Of a stretch of DNA of 64,000 nucleotides, positions 48,666 through 60,558 are shown piece after piece. Position numbers and translations under genes: made by a program. Numbering within the stretch: position 1 is the first letter of the stretch; each line of letters starts with the position of its first letter. The DNA lies in contig CAIIXF020000001.1 of NCBI GenBank assembly GCA_903813345.2, positions 13,516,001 through 13,580,000 of the forward strand. The letters run 5' to 3'. The notes under the pieces are model-generated. The model had not been told where the DNA came from. It searched no databases and worked only from the letters and a program-made list of their open reading frames with translations. Source of the stretch: Owenia fusiformis (taxonomy: Eukaryota).

Positions 48666-49470
48666 AGGCCCCGTGTAAAGTTTAAACCACTTTGGCTCAT
48701 ATTGTAGTCTTACTCAATGTTATCAAAGTGTGATATGTGAAACCTTTTTTGTAAATTTCAAAAAGTGGTTTTTGATAGACTTTTTGTTCCAAAATTTGTG
48801 AATTTATTTAAAACCAACTTTTAGAGGTCACTCATATCTTCTAATTAGCCACAATTCATACCAATGCATAGCATTCATCCTCCCATTTTTTTTGCCGAAA
48901 AAATTAAGAAAATAGGTTGATAAACAAGCGAGAAATGAACTTATCAGTGCATGAAAATGGTTCTGAGAAAAATGCATTTCAAAATTTTAGTTCTCATAGA
49001 AACCAATGGTACAATGATATCTAAAACATAATTCATTCTTCCTTTTAACCTGGTTAGACAATCAACATGGTTTTTTTTGAAAATCTAGCATATTTAGAAA
49101 AGATTGACATCGAAAAAAAAATTCAATTTTAAAAAGTTTTTATTACCTTAACTAATGTTTCAAAATATTTTTGATAAGCTAAAACATTGAAGTGGCCCAT
49201 TAAATATGACATTTTATTATTGAAATAGTGTGTCTCTTGTTCAATCTTTGCATTGGTGTTAAAAAGATAATCTTTTCTGAAATGCATTAAGAAATATTTG
49301 ATGATTAAGAAATTTCAACTTTTTTTGAAAAATGGCGGGAAATTTGAATATTTGAGAAATGAAATGCTCAAAAAAAATTTTTTGTTCAAAACTCTCTAAA
49401 ATCACTTTTTAAGTCCTGACAAATAGTAAATGAATGATAAAAAAATATTTTCAAACTTTAGACGGGGACT
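48666..49470. mobile_element. TTAA-type MITE
   Basis: ttaa|aggccccgtgtaaagttt...aaactttagacggggact|ttaa. Confidence 0.7.
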
Positions 49471-49545
49471 TTAAGTGCAGGAAGAGTTTAAGATGGCTTA
49501 CACTGATATACCATACAGAATGGATCTACGTATATATGTTCTTAC

Positions 49546-49699
49546 TTGACAAGAATAGTCGCCACGAATCTCCCATACGCAGCACCACAAAAGAGACAGG
49601 GCACAAACAAGCCACTGGGGACACTAGCTCCATACGTCCAGCAGGCAAGAAAGAAAAAACACATGAAGAAGATCGCCAATGATGTCATACTGAAGGTTC
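49546..49699 (-). CDS. CLCN6: CLCN6 exon 14 (G-TFSMTSLAIFFMCFFFLACWTYGASVPSGLFVPCLFCGAAYGRFVATILV)
   Basis: GLFVP selectivity motif. Confidence 0.95.
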
Positions 49700-50112
49700 C
49701 TGAAATATATGGTTATGGGTATTTATAAACTAAAGGCACACTTTGCTTATCTGTGGTTTCTCGTTATTTTTCATTTTATAAATAATGGTGACATCTATAC
49801 ATGGCTTCAATTCATTCAGGCTATTCACAACAAGCAACATTACAGAACATGCATGTTATTTTTCTCATAAACCCTATTTTCTAATCAAACATTAACATCA
49901 CTGACTGTAGACAAATACATTTCCAAAATGCCTCAGCTTAGTAATCTACTTGGGTACATGCATTTTTTTATCTTATCTTACTGTAAAAGGTGAAGGTAGG
50001 AAAGACAACTTATCAAATGGCTAGTTAATTTGGATTTTTGTAATCAATATGTACAATGAATTCCTGCAACAGATACATTAATCACACCACATAGCCATTA
50101 TAATGTACTAAC

Positions 50113-50248
50113 CCTCTTGATGGAACAACTGCTTGATGCCAATCTCCATTGGGTTAAAGAACAAAGTAGCCATATCGTTATAGTAACCATCATGACAAAA
50201 ATAAGTACGCACAGAGTCCGAGACATCACTACTGTTACCCCCTGTTGA
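50113..50248 (-). CDS. CLCN6: CLCN6 exon 13 (STGGNSSDVSDSVRTYFCHDGYYNDMATLFFNPMEIGIKQLFHQE-G)
   Basis: YNDMATLFFNP motif. Confidence 0.94.
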
Positions 50249-50381
50249 CTACAAAAAAAAATTGAATCGATACAATTTTCAAACTTTTTTTTATTTTAAG
50301 TGTAACCCAAATGCAATGTGAGGGAACATGATACATGTTGCGATACCTACAAATGAATCATCATAGCGGTATTATACAGTA

Positions 50382-51440
50382 CAGGGTGTTCCATATGTTT
50401 CAGGAATGATGCTGTGTTTTATTGGTTTTCTTTTCAACCTAACTAAATTTTTAACACAATGTGTCTAAACATGTTTTGAATAAGTTAGGAAAGTTTCATA
50501 TTGTGAAGTTCAGTAGTCTTAATTATATGGTTGCTATAGTAACCTAGGGGTAGGGTAGGTGGAGCAAGTGTAACAACGCGCAAAATATATGAAATATTTG
50601 TAAAAATAGTCTTTTTTTGTACGAAGTGTGACTAAGTATTAGGTTGTCAGAGTTGGATCAAACTTGTCAGTAATTAAACAAAAATGAAGGTGGATTCCAA
50701 GAAAGTAAAAAAAATGTCATCACCCTTGATCACATCACAATTTAAACACCTGTCATGTCATGAGTCACAAAAGAGAATAAGCACAGGTCATTTTGGACGA
50801 GCGGCCATCTTGAAAAGTGAAAAAGTCATTAGCAAAGGAAAACCTTCGACTTAGGCAATAATCTGTGACAAGACATGACATGTGTGAATAACAGTTTTCT
50901 GCAGCAGACACAATTAAACTCCTGACGAATGCACATGGGGACTCAATGATGGTATACCTCTAGAGTGTATGAGTGGTACAAGCGGTTCAAATCTGGAAGG
51001 GAAACTGAGACCGATTATCCAAAATGTGGATTTCTGAGAACAGTGAGAGCGCTAACTAATGCGGAAGGGATAGATGCTGAAATAATGATGATGGCTAATA
51101 AAGGGTGTGATAACATTTTTAATTTCGAGGAATCCACCTTGATTCTTTTTAATTTCCAACAAGTTTGATGTGACTATGACAAATTCATACTTTGAACACT
51201 TTATACAAAAACTACTATTTTTACAAAAATGTCATATTTTGCGCGTTGTTGCACCTGCTCCACCTACCCTACCCCTAGGTTACTCTAGCAACCATATTAT
51301 TCAGTCTACTGCGTTTCATGATATGAAGCTTTTCCAACTTATTCACAACATATTTGGACACATTTTGTCAAAAAATCAGCTAGATTGAAAAGAAAACCAA
51401 TAAAATACAGCATCATTCCTGAAAAATATGGAACACCCTG
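50382..51440 (+). mobile_element. Degenerate Tc1/mariner element with HTH remnant
   Basis: ta|cagggtgttccata...tatggaacaccctg|ta; long TIRs; remnant VYEWYKRFKSGRE (mariner N-terminal HTH-like) near 50965. Confidence 0.8.
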
Positions 51441-51722
51441 TATATTGTAAGTGCTTCATAACCTGTTAGAATACATGAACGAACATACAGTACACAAGCA
51501 TATGATACATGTACATTTCATGTACACATTGCATATAATACATCACTGGGAGTCCTGCCTTTTAAGGTTTTATATCACAGATTGTGAATTATTGTTTAGA
51601 ATTATAGTGGAATTTCATATGTAGTGTTGCTTAAGGTAGTGTTTTATATACTGTACATACATGTATTGTAACCTGAGACCATATTGTCATATTTAGGGAC
51701 TAAAATTAAGATTAAATCTTAC

Positions 51723-51810
51723 TGAAAGTTTACGACATTCTCCTAAAGTCATTGCAGCAATAAATGAGATCATAGATGTCACCATAGCAACTAACAAAGC
51801 TTCAAGAATC
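51723..51810 (-). CDS. CLCN6: CLCN6 exon 12 (R-ILEALLVAMVTSMISFIAAMTLGECRKLS)
   Basis: Phase 2/0; LGECR motif. Confidence 0.92.
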
Positions 51811-52319
51811 CTGAAATAAAAAAGTGTATATCATCACATATTACAGAACAAATCATAAATACCATAAAAGTACATATAGAAGTATGATTTATTTGCCTAT
51901 AAATTGATCATTTCTTGTATAGGAGCTATGGTGCTGAACCTCTTTAATTCAAGATATACACATACAGTAGTTGGTTACATCATGGGCTTTCAACTATTTG
52001 ATAGCCCATGTTTACATGTGAATTATTTATGGGTCCAAGACAGCCACAGTTGAATAAATTACTCACTCCATTGATTGAATTTACCACCAATCACATAGGC
52101 ACTCTGAAAGCATGATAACTGCAAACTCCCATTGAGCATTTTCACACATTGTCTTGTACCTCAGTTAGTTAGAGAATATTGAGTGAGAAGGGGCAACTGA
52201 AACTGAATTCAGACTTCAGTTGTCACACCAATCTTCGTCTGTTAAAATCATGATCAACTGTTCTGGAGTGAAATTCTATGATCAGAAACCAATAGGCCAG
52301 TACTCTTAAATTTACCAAC

Positions 52320-52486
52320 CTGACAAACTTATGTCTGTTGTTGACATATTTCATCCTATGCTTTGTGAGCTGAGTGTTGAGGGAATTGAACAAAGCTCCA
52401 AGAAGACCCCCTATAAACCCCATAGCAATGAAAATCAACAGGTCTACTGCATTCCATAGATGACACTGCCCATTTGTGTTGGTGCA
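52320..52486 (-). CDS. CLCN6: CLCN6 exon 11 (CTNTNGQCHLWNAVDLLIFIAMGFIGGLLGALFNSLN...KFV-R)
   Basis: GGLLGAxFN motif. Confidence 0.94.
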
Positions 52487-52659
52487 CTAGAAACATATAT
52501 ACCATTTTCAAAAAGAAAGTGCATTCAATTTAAGGCAATAAAGAAAGCCATTAAAAATGTCTTTGACTATTTCCTCTCCTGGCCCTAAAGTCTACAAGGA
52601 CATTTAAAGCGGCAACAAGGACTCTGAAGATAAAAATGGATAAATTTTACCTTTTCTGA

Positions 52660-52972
52660 GCTATCTGAGGGTGAAATTTGGCCTAACGTCTTCTTCCTTA
52701 TTCCTATTTTATTAAAATCTATGCATATGGCAATATTCAAGTGGTATTGTATTGTATCTTGGTTACCACCATATTTGGCGAGTAATACCCCATTGCTATA
52801 ATCTGGGTACATAGACATACAAGTACACACCACAGCCCTTTTATACTAGTCGTGAACTACTCGGTCAAACACTCAGAATTACATAACGCACAAACAAACT
52901 TTTCTGAACCGGGAATCGAACCCAGGGCCCAGTGATAGTGGTAGCCTTGACTCTGCCACTGAGCCATAGCGG
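52660..52972 (-). mobile_element. tRNA-derived SINE (head at 52906-52972)
   Basis: Minus strand A-box tggctcagtgg and B-box ggttcgattcc; no clean cloverleaf; 3' boundary approximate. Confidence 0.55.
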
Positions 52973-53019
52973 GTGGTATGTTTTCATTCTCTACTGCCGA
53001 TACATGGAATATTTCTTAC

Positions 53020-53133
53020 CTTGAAGACACCAAAGTCTATGAGGCCAGGTAAGTAGAAGAACCCCCATTCTCCTGTCTTGATACCAGATAGAAAGAAGTT
53101 CAGTGTAAATGTAGCCGACATGGAGCAGAAAAA
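53020..53133 (-). CDS. CLCN6: CLCN6 exon 10 (FFCSMSATFTLNFFLSGIKTGEWGFFYLPGLIDFGVFK)
   Basis: FCSMSATFTLNFF motif. Confidence 0.95.
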
Positions 53134-53471
53134 CTGAAAGAAATAGCAATATCATCAACCTCATTCAATTCTGTTTTAATATAACAAGCAGATGGTTGGC
53201 AGGAGCAGCCATTATAACTCTTAACCATATCTCACTTACACTCCCAAACTTGGCAGATAGTTATCTTTTTAAGGCAAGAGAACATGTGTTTACAGTTGCC
53301 ATCCGAAAAAATCTCGAATTTTGATTTGGGAATACACAATCACTGAAAATTTCATGGAAAAATATCAATTATTGATAAAGCATAATAGTGCATTACTTCT
53401 TGGACAACCCTCGTAGTGTCAAATGAAAATTAAGTGACAAATTCCCAATAATTTTATAAGGGTCTACTTAC

Positions 53472-53604
53472 AGTTCTCCAAGTCAGCTTCTGGTTCCAGA
53501 ATGAAGACCCCTCCTCAAGGGAGAACAGTACACCACCTATTGGTGCCCCAAAAGCTGCTGCAACCCCAGCAGCTGCCCCGCCAGATACAAAGTCTCGCTT
53601 GTCG
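53472..53604 (-). CDS. CLCN6: CLCN6 exon 9 ([45 protein letters not shown])
   Basis: AFGAPIGG and proton-glutamate SLEE motifs. Confidence 0.96.
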
Positions 53605-54146
53605 CTGAAATAGAACAACATTTCACTTGCTGCATTTAAAGACAAGACATTGACATGGAGTATTGTCATACCTACAAATGTATACATTCGATGATAACGA
53701 ATGCTATGACAAAAAAATAATTCTAAAATTGAGACAACTTTGGATGGTTACATAATGTATATTACTATATCACTGTCATATTCCTAACTCTATGATTGGT
53801 CCATGTCCTACACGTGACTAAAAAATAAGTCATGTGACTTCTGTTGAATATCAAATAATGATATTCACCCGGAGTCACGACTTAGTCCAGTGTAATTTTA
53901 ATTGTATATATCACTGGGAGTACATTGTTGTTATGACAACTTAGACTTCACTCATTTGTTATTCCATTAATGTGAGTGAGGAATATAACAGTGAATAATT
54001 AAACAAATATTTATTTCTATTTTCAAAGAATACCTGTGACTCTTTCACAAGCTGATATTCCACTAGCCCTTCAATAGAACTAGATATTTGTATATTATAA
54101 CTACAACATTGTTGACACTGGTCAAAATCAGAAAATGATGCTGTAC

Positions 54147-54273
54147 CGATCTGTCCTAAAAAACTCATATTTAAAGTTGATCTTCTTGCAAGTTATACTC
54201 TGGAACTGTGGCACCCCAGCTCCTATGATTGCCCCACTGTGGATCATAGGACCCTCCTTGCCAACAAACAGAC
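54147..54273 (-). CDS. CLCN6: CLCN6 exon 8 ([43 protein letters not shown])
   Basis: GKEGP gating-glutamate motif. Confidence 0.96.
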
Positions 54274-54838
54274 CTGAAAAACATTGTTAAAATGCCATTT
54301 AACAATTCAAGGATTGTTTGTCTGCGTTTGTCTCATGTTAAAATGCGTGACTGATTTAAAGTCAATATTTCATGAAAGAACTATTCTCGGTTTGGAGAAC
54401 AAAGTTCATCACTCTAATTGAGTGTTACACCTGCTTCGGACAAATTTAATTTTTTTACAAGATACCAACTTGAATGTCTTCTTTAGAATAGTCATAATTT
54501 AATTTGGGTGATTTTTCTAGATTCTTCATAAAAAATATTAGCGCAGTACACCAATGAACTTCTTTCTCCAAATCGAGACTTGTCTTTTATTGAATCGACC
54601 TACTGCACGCTATCCATGCTTCGGACAATTGGGATATTTTTACATCTTGTAGATTCATTTTCCTCTTTTGAATATTCATAATTTAATTTGGGTGATATTT
54701 CTATATATTTTTCATAAAAATTATTAGCCCAGGAGACTGTTCTCTAGACCGAGACTAGACTTGTCCTTCCCTAGTGTTAGAAAGGGAAATCCTTATAAAC
54801 TGTTGTCATCTTATTGAGAATATTCATAAGAGACTTAC

Positions 54839-54965
54839 CCCCTGCTACACTAAAGAGAACCCCTACAGCCTTACTGACCAATGTCTTCAGTCTAACTACA
54901 TTAGGGACTTTAACACCATTAAGATAGCACTTTATCTCTGGAATACCTGACCCTGCTGCCACTGG
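54839..54965 (-). CDS. CLCN6: CLCN6 exon 7 ([43 protein letters not shown])
   Basis: GSGIP motif. Confidence 0.96.
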
Positions 54966-55201
54966 CTGAAAAATAAATTATTCATGAAACTACATTTTTC
55001 AATGTGTTCATGGTTTTTGGTTCCATCATTTATTAATTTTAAGTTTAATCAAATAAGTTTTAATCAAATAAAGTACTAATAGGGAAGGTAACTCCTATAT
55101 CCCCACAAGAAATCTCATACTTAAGACTAAATACTAAACAATGGGGATAACTCTTGTTATAGTATTAATGAAGTATATACACTGCACTGTATAAGACTTA
55201 C

Positions 55202-55308
55202 CTCAATTGAGGTGAGAACACTGGCAATGAGAACAAAGCTTCCATTTATTGCAATAAGAAGCAGAAGAGATAACACTAGACACCCTGAGAGAGAACATTG
55301 CATAATAG
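55202..55308 (-). CDS. CLCN6: CLCN6 exon 6 (S-IMQCSLSGCLVLSLLLLIAINGSFVLIASVLTSIE)
   Basis: Preceded by U12-type branch point TTCCTTGAC; phase 1/0. Confidence 0.92.
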
Positions 55309-55732
55309 CTGATAACAGTCAAGGAATCATTTACTTTTGTATTTGTTCATCTTTCAAATGCAGAGTTTAAGACATTATCCATTAGATTCCTTCCTTTGGA
55401 GAAATTTGTGGATGAGTTTTGGACACCTGCATTTCGAAGACGATCGTTAACTTGTAGTCATGCACAATTTGGATTATGCCAGGCATAAAACAAAGTATCT
55501 ATCTCTTATGATCAAAGTTCTGACACTTGTAATTCCATTGTCAAACAAAATTTAACAAAGCATTAACACGCAAAATGTCACTTCTGCCATTTGTTACAGA
55601 GGCCAACTGCTGAACACCAACTGCCAAACACCAGATGCAAAACACCAAACACCCGATGCCATCTGATGACATAAACATCTTAAAACTGGAAATATTCTTT
55701 GAAACTGATAAATTGTGGTGCAAAATGGATAC
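55309..55732 (-). other. Minor-spliceosome (U12)-type GT-AG intron 5 of CLCN6
   Basis: 5' splice site GTATCCAT; branch point TTCCTTGAC at 55326-55318 close to the AG; no polypyrimidine tract. Confidence 0.8.
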
Positions 55733-55799
55733 AAGCTTCAACTGCTCCAAACTTCAACTTTGCTAACTCCTTCACTACCACATCAATAAAGAGGGCAAC
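55733..55799 (-). CDS. CLCN6: CLCN6 exon 5 (VALFIDVVVKELAKLKFGAVEA-S)
   Basis: Helix B, LKF motif; donor GTATCC. Confidence 0.92.
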
Positions 55800-56385
55800 C
55801 TAAGAATATAATAAAGAACATGAACAATACAAACATATAATGCATGTTTTGTATAATGAATACATACAATTATATATGTACATATACATATAATGTTTTA
55901 TGCATCTATGAACAAAAGTTTGATTTAAAGGAGACAATTAATACTAATAACTCTTCTACTTTCTACATTATTTCTATCACGTAAGTAATGTCCCAAATGA
56001 CTAAGGATTTGATAAAATGTTTTGCTGGGTGAGATTTGCTACTCCTGCGAGTTGCTGTTTTTCTAGTGAGGTGGAATATTCAAGAAGTAATACCTCCTAT
56101 GAAATTAATTAAATGATGTGAAAGTTTCAACAATGCAGTACATAAATACATGTAGTTTCATTAGCTTCCTTTAGCGTTTTATGAAGTTATTAAGTATCTA
56201 AAGCCTTTGCACCAGAAGGTATAAAGTTTTGATAAGTTCTAAATAAGGTATCATTATGTTGTTGTCTGTTTTGAAATCAAGGTGACCGGAGCTGAAATTG
56301 TTTTCCCCTTGAGTTAGAAGTATGCCTTATTACATTTATTTCAAAGTATATTGGGTGTTAAATCATTGAATATTTATTTACTTAC

Positions 56386-56454
56386 CAAGCCAGTGAAAAC
56401 ACCTATGACAAATGTCACTACCCATTTTATAACTTCCATTTTGGTCTCGTGCCA
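56386..56454 (-). CDS. CLCN6: CLCN6 exon 4 (WHETKMEVIKWVVTFVIGVFTGL)
   Basis: KW..F.IGV.TGL motif. Confidence 0.93.
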
Positions 56455-56740
56455 CTAAAATTGAAAATAATATTGATAGAAATCCAATATGTGTTATCAT
56501 TTCTAATGATAAATAAAATATGGACTCCAAAGAACAGTCAAAAGATGTTGTTCACACAGTTATATGGATCTTGTAGGTCTATGGTGAATGTATTTCTTAA
56601 AAAAAATTTTAATCGTAGTACATGTATTGCAAAAATCATATGTAATTTCTACATATGACTTTAAACAAACATGACATAGAATTCAATTGACTGTTTAAAT
56701 TTTCCATTTGACTTGTGCTTTCCTTAGTCTGTTAACTGAC

Positions 56741-56809
56741 CTTATCCTTCTCTCTTTCTTCCAACATATCTTCAAAAGGCTCATTATGGCACCAGTCATA
56801 GTCCAGACT
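56741..56809 (-). CDS. CLCN6: CLCN6 exon 3 (SLDYDWCHNEPFEDMLEEREKDK)
   Basis: ESLDYD motif across the exon 2/3 junction. Confidence 0.92.
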
Positions 56810-57360
56810 CTACAACATAAGGAAAAGCATCATGTCAGGCCCATAGCCCAGGGGGTTATCGGGGCTCAAGCAAAGAAAATAGAAAAAAAAGAAGGGGCAA
56901 CAATATAGAGACTTGTTGCAATACAAAACTTGGTGATTTTCATAGTTTCAGAAGAATAAATTGATTTATGAAGTTTCCTAGGGAGCACGGAGCCTACCCC
57001 TAGAATGGGCCCAGAAAAAATTTTGGGGCCAATATCTTGTAGGGCCTCAATTTAGTGAGCCTTTTTGGGCATTATTTGGCCTTTTTGGCCAATTATCTAA
57101 AACAGATACTCCAGTACCTCCCTCTGGATTTTCAGGATCGCTCCTGGTGTATTGTTAATCATACCCTTTACAGAACGAAGGGGGTTGGTTTAGAATTGAA
57201 AAATCTTAATTTATTGATGTTGTGGGCATGTATTGAATAATGTTCTGTACATGTTCTGTACTTCAGAATTCAAAGTATATGTCGATCTTTGAGCCCAGCA
57301 TTTCTAGGCAGGCCCTGGTATTTCTAACTCTAATTTCTTTATATGAATAGATGTCTTCAC

Positions 57361-57411
57361 CTCATAATCTTTTGTTGGCAGATGTTCCGGATGACCATGT
57401 ATCAGCGATAT
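57361..57411 (-). CDS. CLCN6: CLCN6 exon 2 (ISLIHGHPEHLPTKDYE)
   Basis: LPxKDYE motif; canonical splice sites. Confidence 0.88.
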
Positions 57412-57541
57412 CTGAAATAAGAATCATAAGTAGGTTGCTAAATATATGTTTTGTGGAAAATGTATTGATTATAATATAAGGCCAATACAGTAAAACGTTT
57501 GGAAATTTTCAGAGCATTTACTCAAATAACATGGCGGCAAA

Positions 57542-57964
57542 CGAACTCCTATGCAGTGTCTTGGTATAGACACTGCGGCGGGCAGATTATGAAATCCCCA
57601 AAATTTGGGGAAGATAGTCCCCCTTTTTGTCACAGATGTACTTGTTTTTCACACAACTTATAAAATATATGTTCTTTTATGTTCATCAATAATTATTTTG
57701 TCAAAATATTCCAAAATCAATGAAATATAAGAGCAAATCCCCGCGGAAGGAATTCTGAGTAAAAGTTGTGTTGATAAAAGTTTACCGCACGTGTTGTTTA
57801 TTAGTTAATACGCGCAATTCAACCAATGAAATTGTCTAAATTTTACAATCACGCGACCTGAGCATGGGACTAGAACCAATCACGGCAGTTGTTTATTACG
57901 ATGTTACCATGCTTACGGTGAGACACCTGCCCGCCGCAGTGATATATCACTGCACGGGAGTTCG
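57542..57964. mobile_element. MITE with 9-bp TSD (Mutator-like)
   Basis: TIR cgaactcc.atgcagtg...cactgcggcgggcag / complement; TSD ggcggcaaa at 57533-57541 and 57965-57973; partial copy near 31930-32140. Confidence 0.82.
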
Positions 57965-58473
57965 GGCGGCAAATGCACCTCTGAGGCAGTGACAAATCTC
58001 AGGTGCGTCAGATTGAAATGAGACCCAGAGGTGTTAAGCACCTATGGCCACCTATGTTTTTGCCAGATAATACTGCAAATGCAAAATCGTAAAACAGGAT
58101 GCGCTTCACCTTATTTTCGCGAATGGACCAATCAGATTGCAAGATGCATGGGCAATAGCCTTGAAGAATTGGAATTTTACTTTTATCACCTGTTTTTTTA
58201 GTAGAACTTCACACTACCCATGATGTAACCCAGCCAATCTTTTTAATAACAGACTAATATGAACGGATCACTTTATGGGATTACCATTCCTTCATGCACA
58301 AGATAGTTTATATAAAGTGAAACTAATGAACAATGAAACTTTTGAAAGTTCAAAACTTTTTTTCAAAAATATTTTTAAAAGCCAAAATGATACGTAAATC
58401 ATAGACTAATTGCATCAATATTCCTAGATATCATAGACATATAGTATGAGATACGGCTGCATGATAATCTTAC

Positions 58474-58551
58474 CATTTCCTGACTCCGATCATCACTATT
58501 CCTCCGATTATCTTCTCTAGAGAAACAGCACCTCCCACAACCGGAAGCCAT
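58474..58551 (-). CDS. CLCN6: CLCN6 exon 1 (MASGCGRCCFSREDNRRNSDDRSQEM)
   Basis: caaaATGG start context; Cys-rich N-terminus; ATG|gtaaga donor. Confidence 0.88.
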
Positions 58552-58584
58552 TTTGATGCTTAGTCTCAAACCAAAATGTTGGTA

Positions 58585-58645
58585 ATGTTTGTAAACAAAC
58601 GCACGTGGTAATGATTTAGTAGTCTGATAAAAAGATGGCAGCAGT
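58585..58645 (-). promoter_or_regulatory. CLCN6 proximal promoter / 5' region motifs
   Basis: E-box CACGTG at 58602-58607, forkhead-like GTAAACA near 58591, YY1-like AAGATGGC near 58633. Confidence 0.4.
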
Positions 58646-59224
58646 AGGCAGTTCAATATTAAACAGGTTGACAGCAATGTCATCTTTTTATGAACATTTT
58701 GTACATTCTTTTCTTTCTTTGATCTATCACCCTATTGTTAACCATCAGTTAAAGCCTATGGTATCAAAGGGATATATTTAAAAATAATTAAACAGATTCT
58801 TCCATATATATCTCATGATAACAGTTCTGACTGAGTGGATGATGTCAATAGACCAGGCAACACATAATTAATGTTAAATCAAAGTTTGCCCAATGGAGAC
58901 TGGATGAGAATTTTTCTTATGTCAGCCAGCATACAATTGGACCCCGGGAATTGGACTAACTTCAACATTATTACTTCATGGCTACATAAAAAATGGACTG
59001 TGGACTTCCAGAAAAGCGTGGAAGACCATGAGCCTATGGGGAAAACATAGAAGACCTGACCTGACACTATTGTCATACTACAGATCGGTGTTGATTATAT
59101 TTGAGTATGGGTATATATACTACGGAGTGGCATTCAAAATATGTGAGGGGATCTGTATTGCCAATTGGCATATTCCACATGTGATCAACAGACTATGTAG
59201 TTGAGTCACATTCAGGATATAATG

Positions 59225-59412
59225 CAAGGAGGATTGGCTCCCAGAATGCAACACCGATATTCTGCAAAACAATCACCTAGCGATAGCTTTGTTGGAGAGT
59301 ATCGGGTCATTCTCCATGCAGTCGTACAAATTATACAGACACGAATAGCAAATGACGCATGCGTGGAGATTAAAGAATATCGAGTTGGAACCCTGGCTTC
59401 CAATCCTCCTTG
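59225..59412. mobile_element. 188-bp MITE with 9-bp TSD
   Basis: caaggaggattgg...ccaatcctccttg termini; TSD gatataatg at 59216-59224 and 59413-59421. Confidence 0.8.
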
Positions 59413-60480
59413 GATATAATGCTCATTTGCGTTTTAGGCATCAAGGATATCTTTGCTATCTGATAATTGGCATTAAAGTAATTGTGGGCATTTATGCCAC
59501 TTCTGAAATATGATGGCAGGCTAACTATCTACATTTTACTGCTAATTTTCATTATAATCCAAATAAAGAACAAAAGCGATGAATATAATTCTGTTATCAA
59601 TCTATCCAGTTTATTCGACATGATTTACAACTGGAGCTGTTATATACATACTATGCATGTTAGAAACCATACATATTTATCACTTTGTATACTACATGTA
59701 TATATGCATAGCATACCTAAAATAGAATTTCATTTGATGTGTTATATTATATGACGTGGCTGACAAACATTACGACAGCACACTGGTTGAACATATGCGA
59801 GTACAAAGACAGGAACTGTACATCAACATTCTAAATGTTGAAATATGCTTTAGGAATATGTGTATGGTATTAAAAATCAGAAACGATAAAAATAATTTTT
59901 ATACAATGTTTGTTATTTTTGAATTTTCCTAATATACTTATGCTAATTATTTTATGTAATAAATAACTTATGAATACTGAATAGCATATAGTTTATATCT
60001 CGTTTGGTGAAACTAATTAATCCAAGATTCAGTTATGAGTTATTATAGAATATAAAGAAATGCTAAATGTACATGTATTCATTCTTTGACAAATAATTAC
60101 AAATATGTGATTTCTCATATAAGAAGTCGAATTGATTTACCAATATACAAATAACAACTGAACAATATTCATCTATTACAGTGTATTAAAAGTTCAATTT
60201 AACATTTGTTTTCTCAAAATCATTCAAAATGTTACATCTTGTATAAGAATTTTAGACAATCAAAATTCTACAAAATGTACACTAGCCTTATATATTTCAC
60301 TTATGTCTATAAAATATTTGATCAGTAAATTTCTACTCATCTTTTAAACATCTGACTAAATTGTACAAGCTAAATAAATTCTACAAGTTCTATCATAAGC
60401 ATTTCATCAGATCTACATGTATACTTCATCACTATACAAAACAAAGTCTATTATAAACAACTCTCATCTGAGCTTAAATA

Positions 60481-60558
60481 TGAGGGATGATCAATAAGTA
60501 ATGGATGCTTTTTTACATAGATGCTTTTAAGCATCCATTACTTATTGATCACCCCTCG
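60481..60558. mobile_element. 78-bp minimal mariner-type MITE (TIR-TIR hairpin)
   Basis: ta|tgagggatgatcaataagtaatggatgctt...aagcatccattacttattgatcacccctcg|ta; related TIR fragments near 43463 and 53391. Confidence 0.75.

Larger units (their letters stand above)
9505..58551 (-). other. CLCN6: Gene span: ClC-6 H+/Cl- exchange transporter, 22 coding exons, 2652 nt, 883 aa
   Basis: Continuous reading frame across all 21 junctions. Signature motifs GSGIP, GKEGP (gating Glu), FSLEEG (proton Glu), GLFVP, GLYDIHI and two CBS domains. ClC-6-type Cys-rich N-terminus plus KDYESLDYD and RPLRFHG segments. Confidence 0.96.

Noticed and set aside
52906-52972. Functional tRNA gene
   Set aside because: A and B boxes are present, but there is no convincing acceptor or anticodon stem; better explained as a SINE head.
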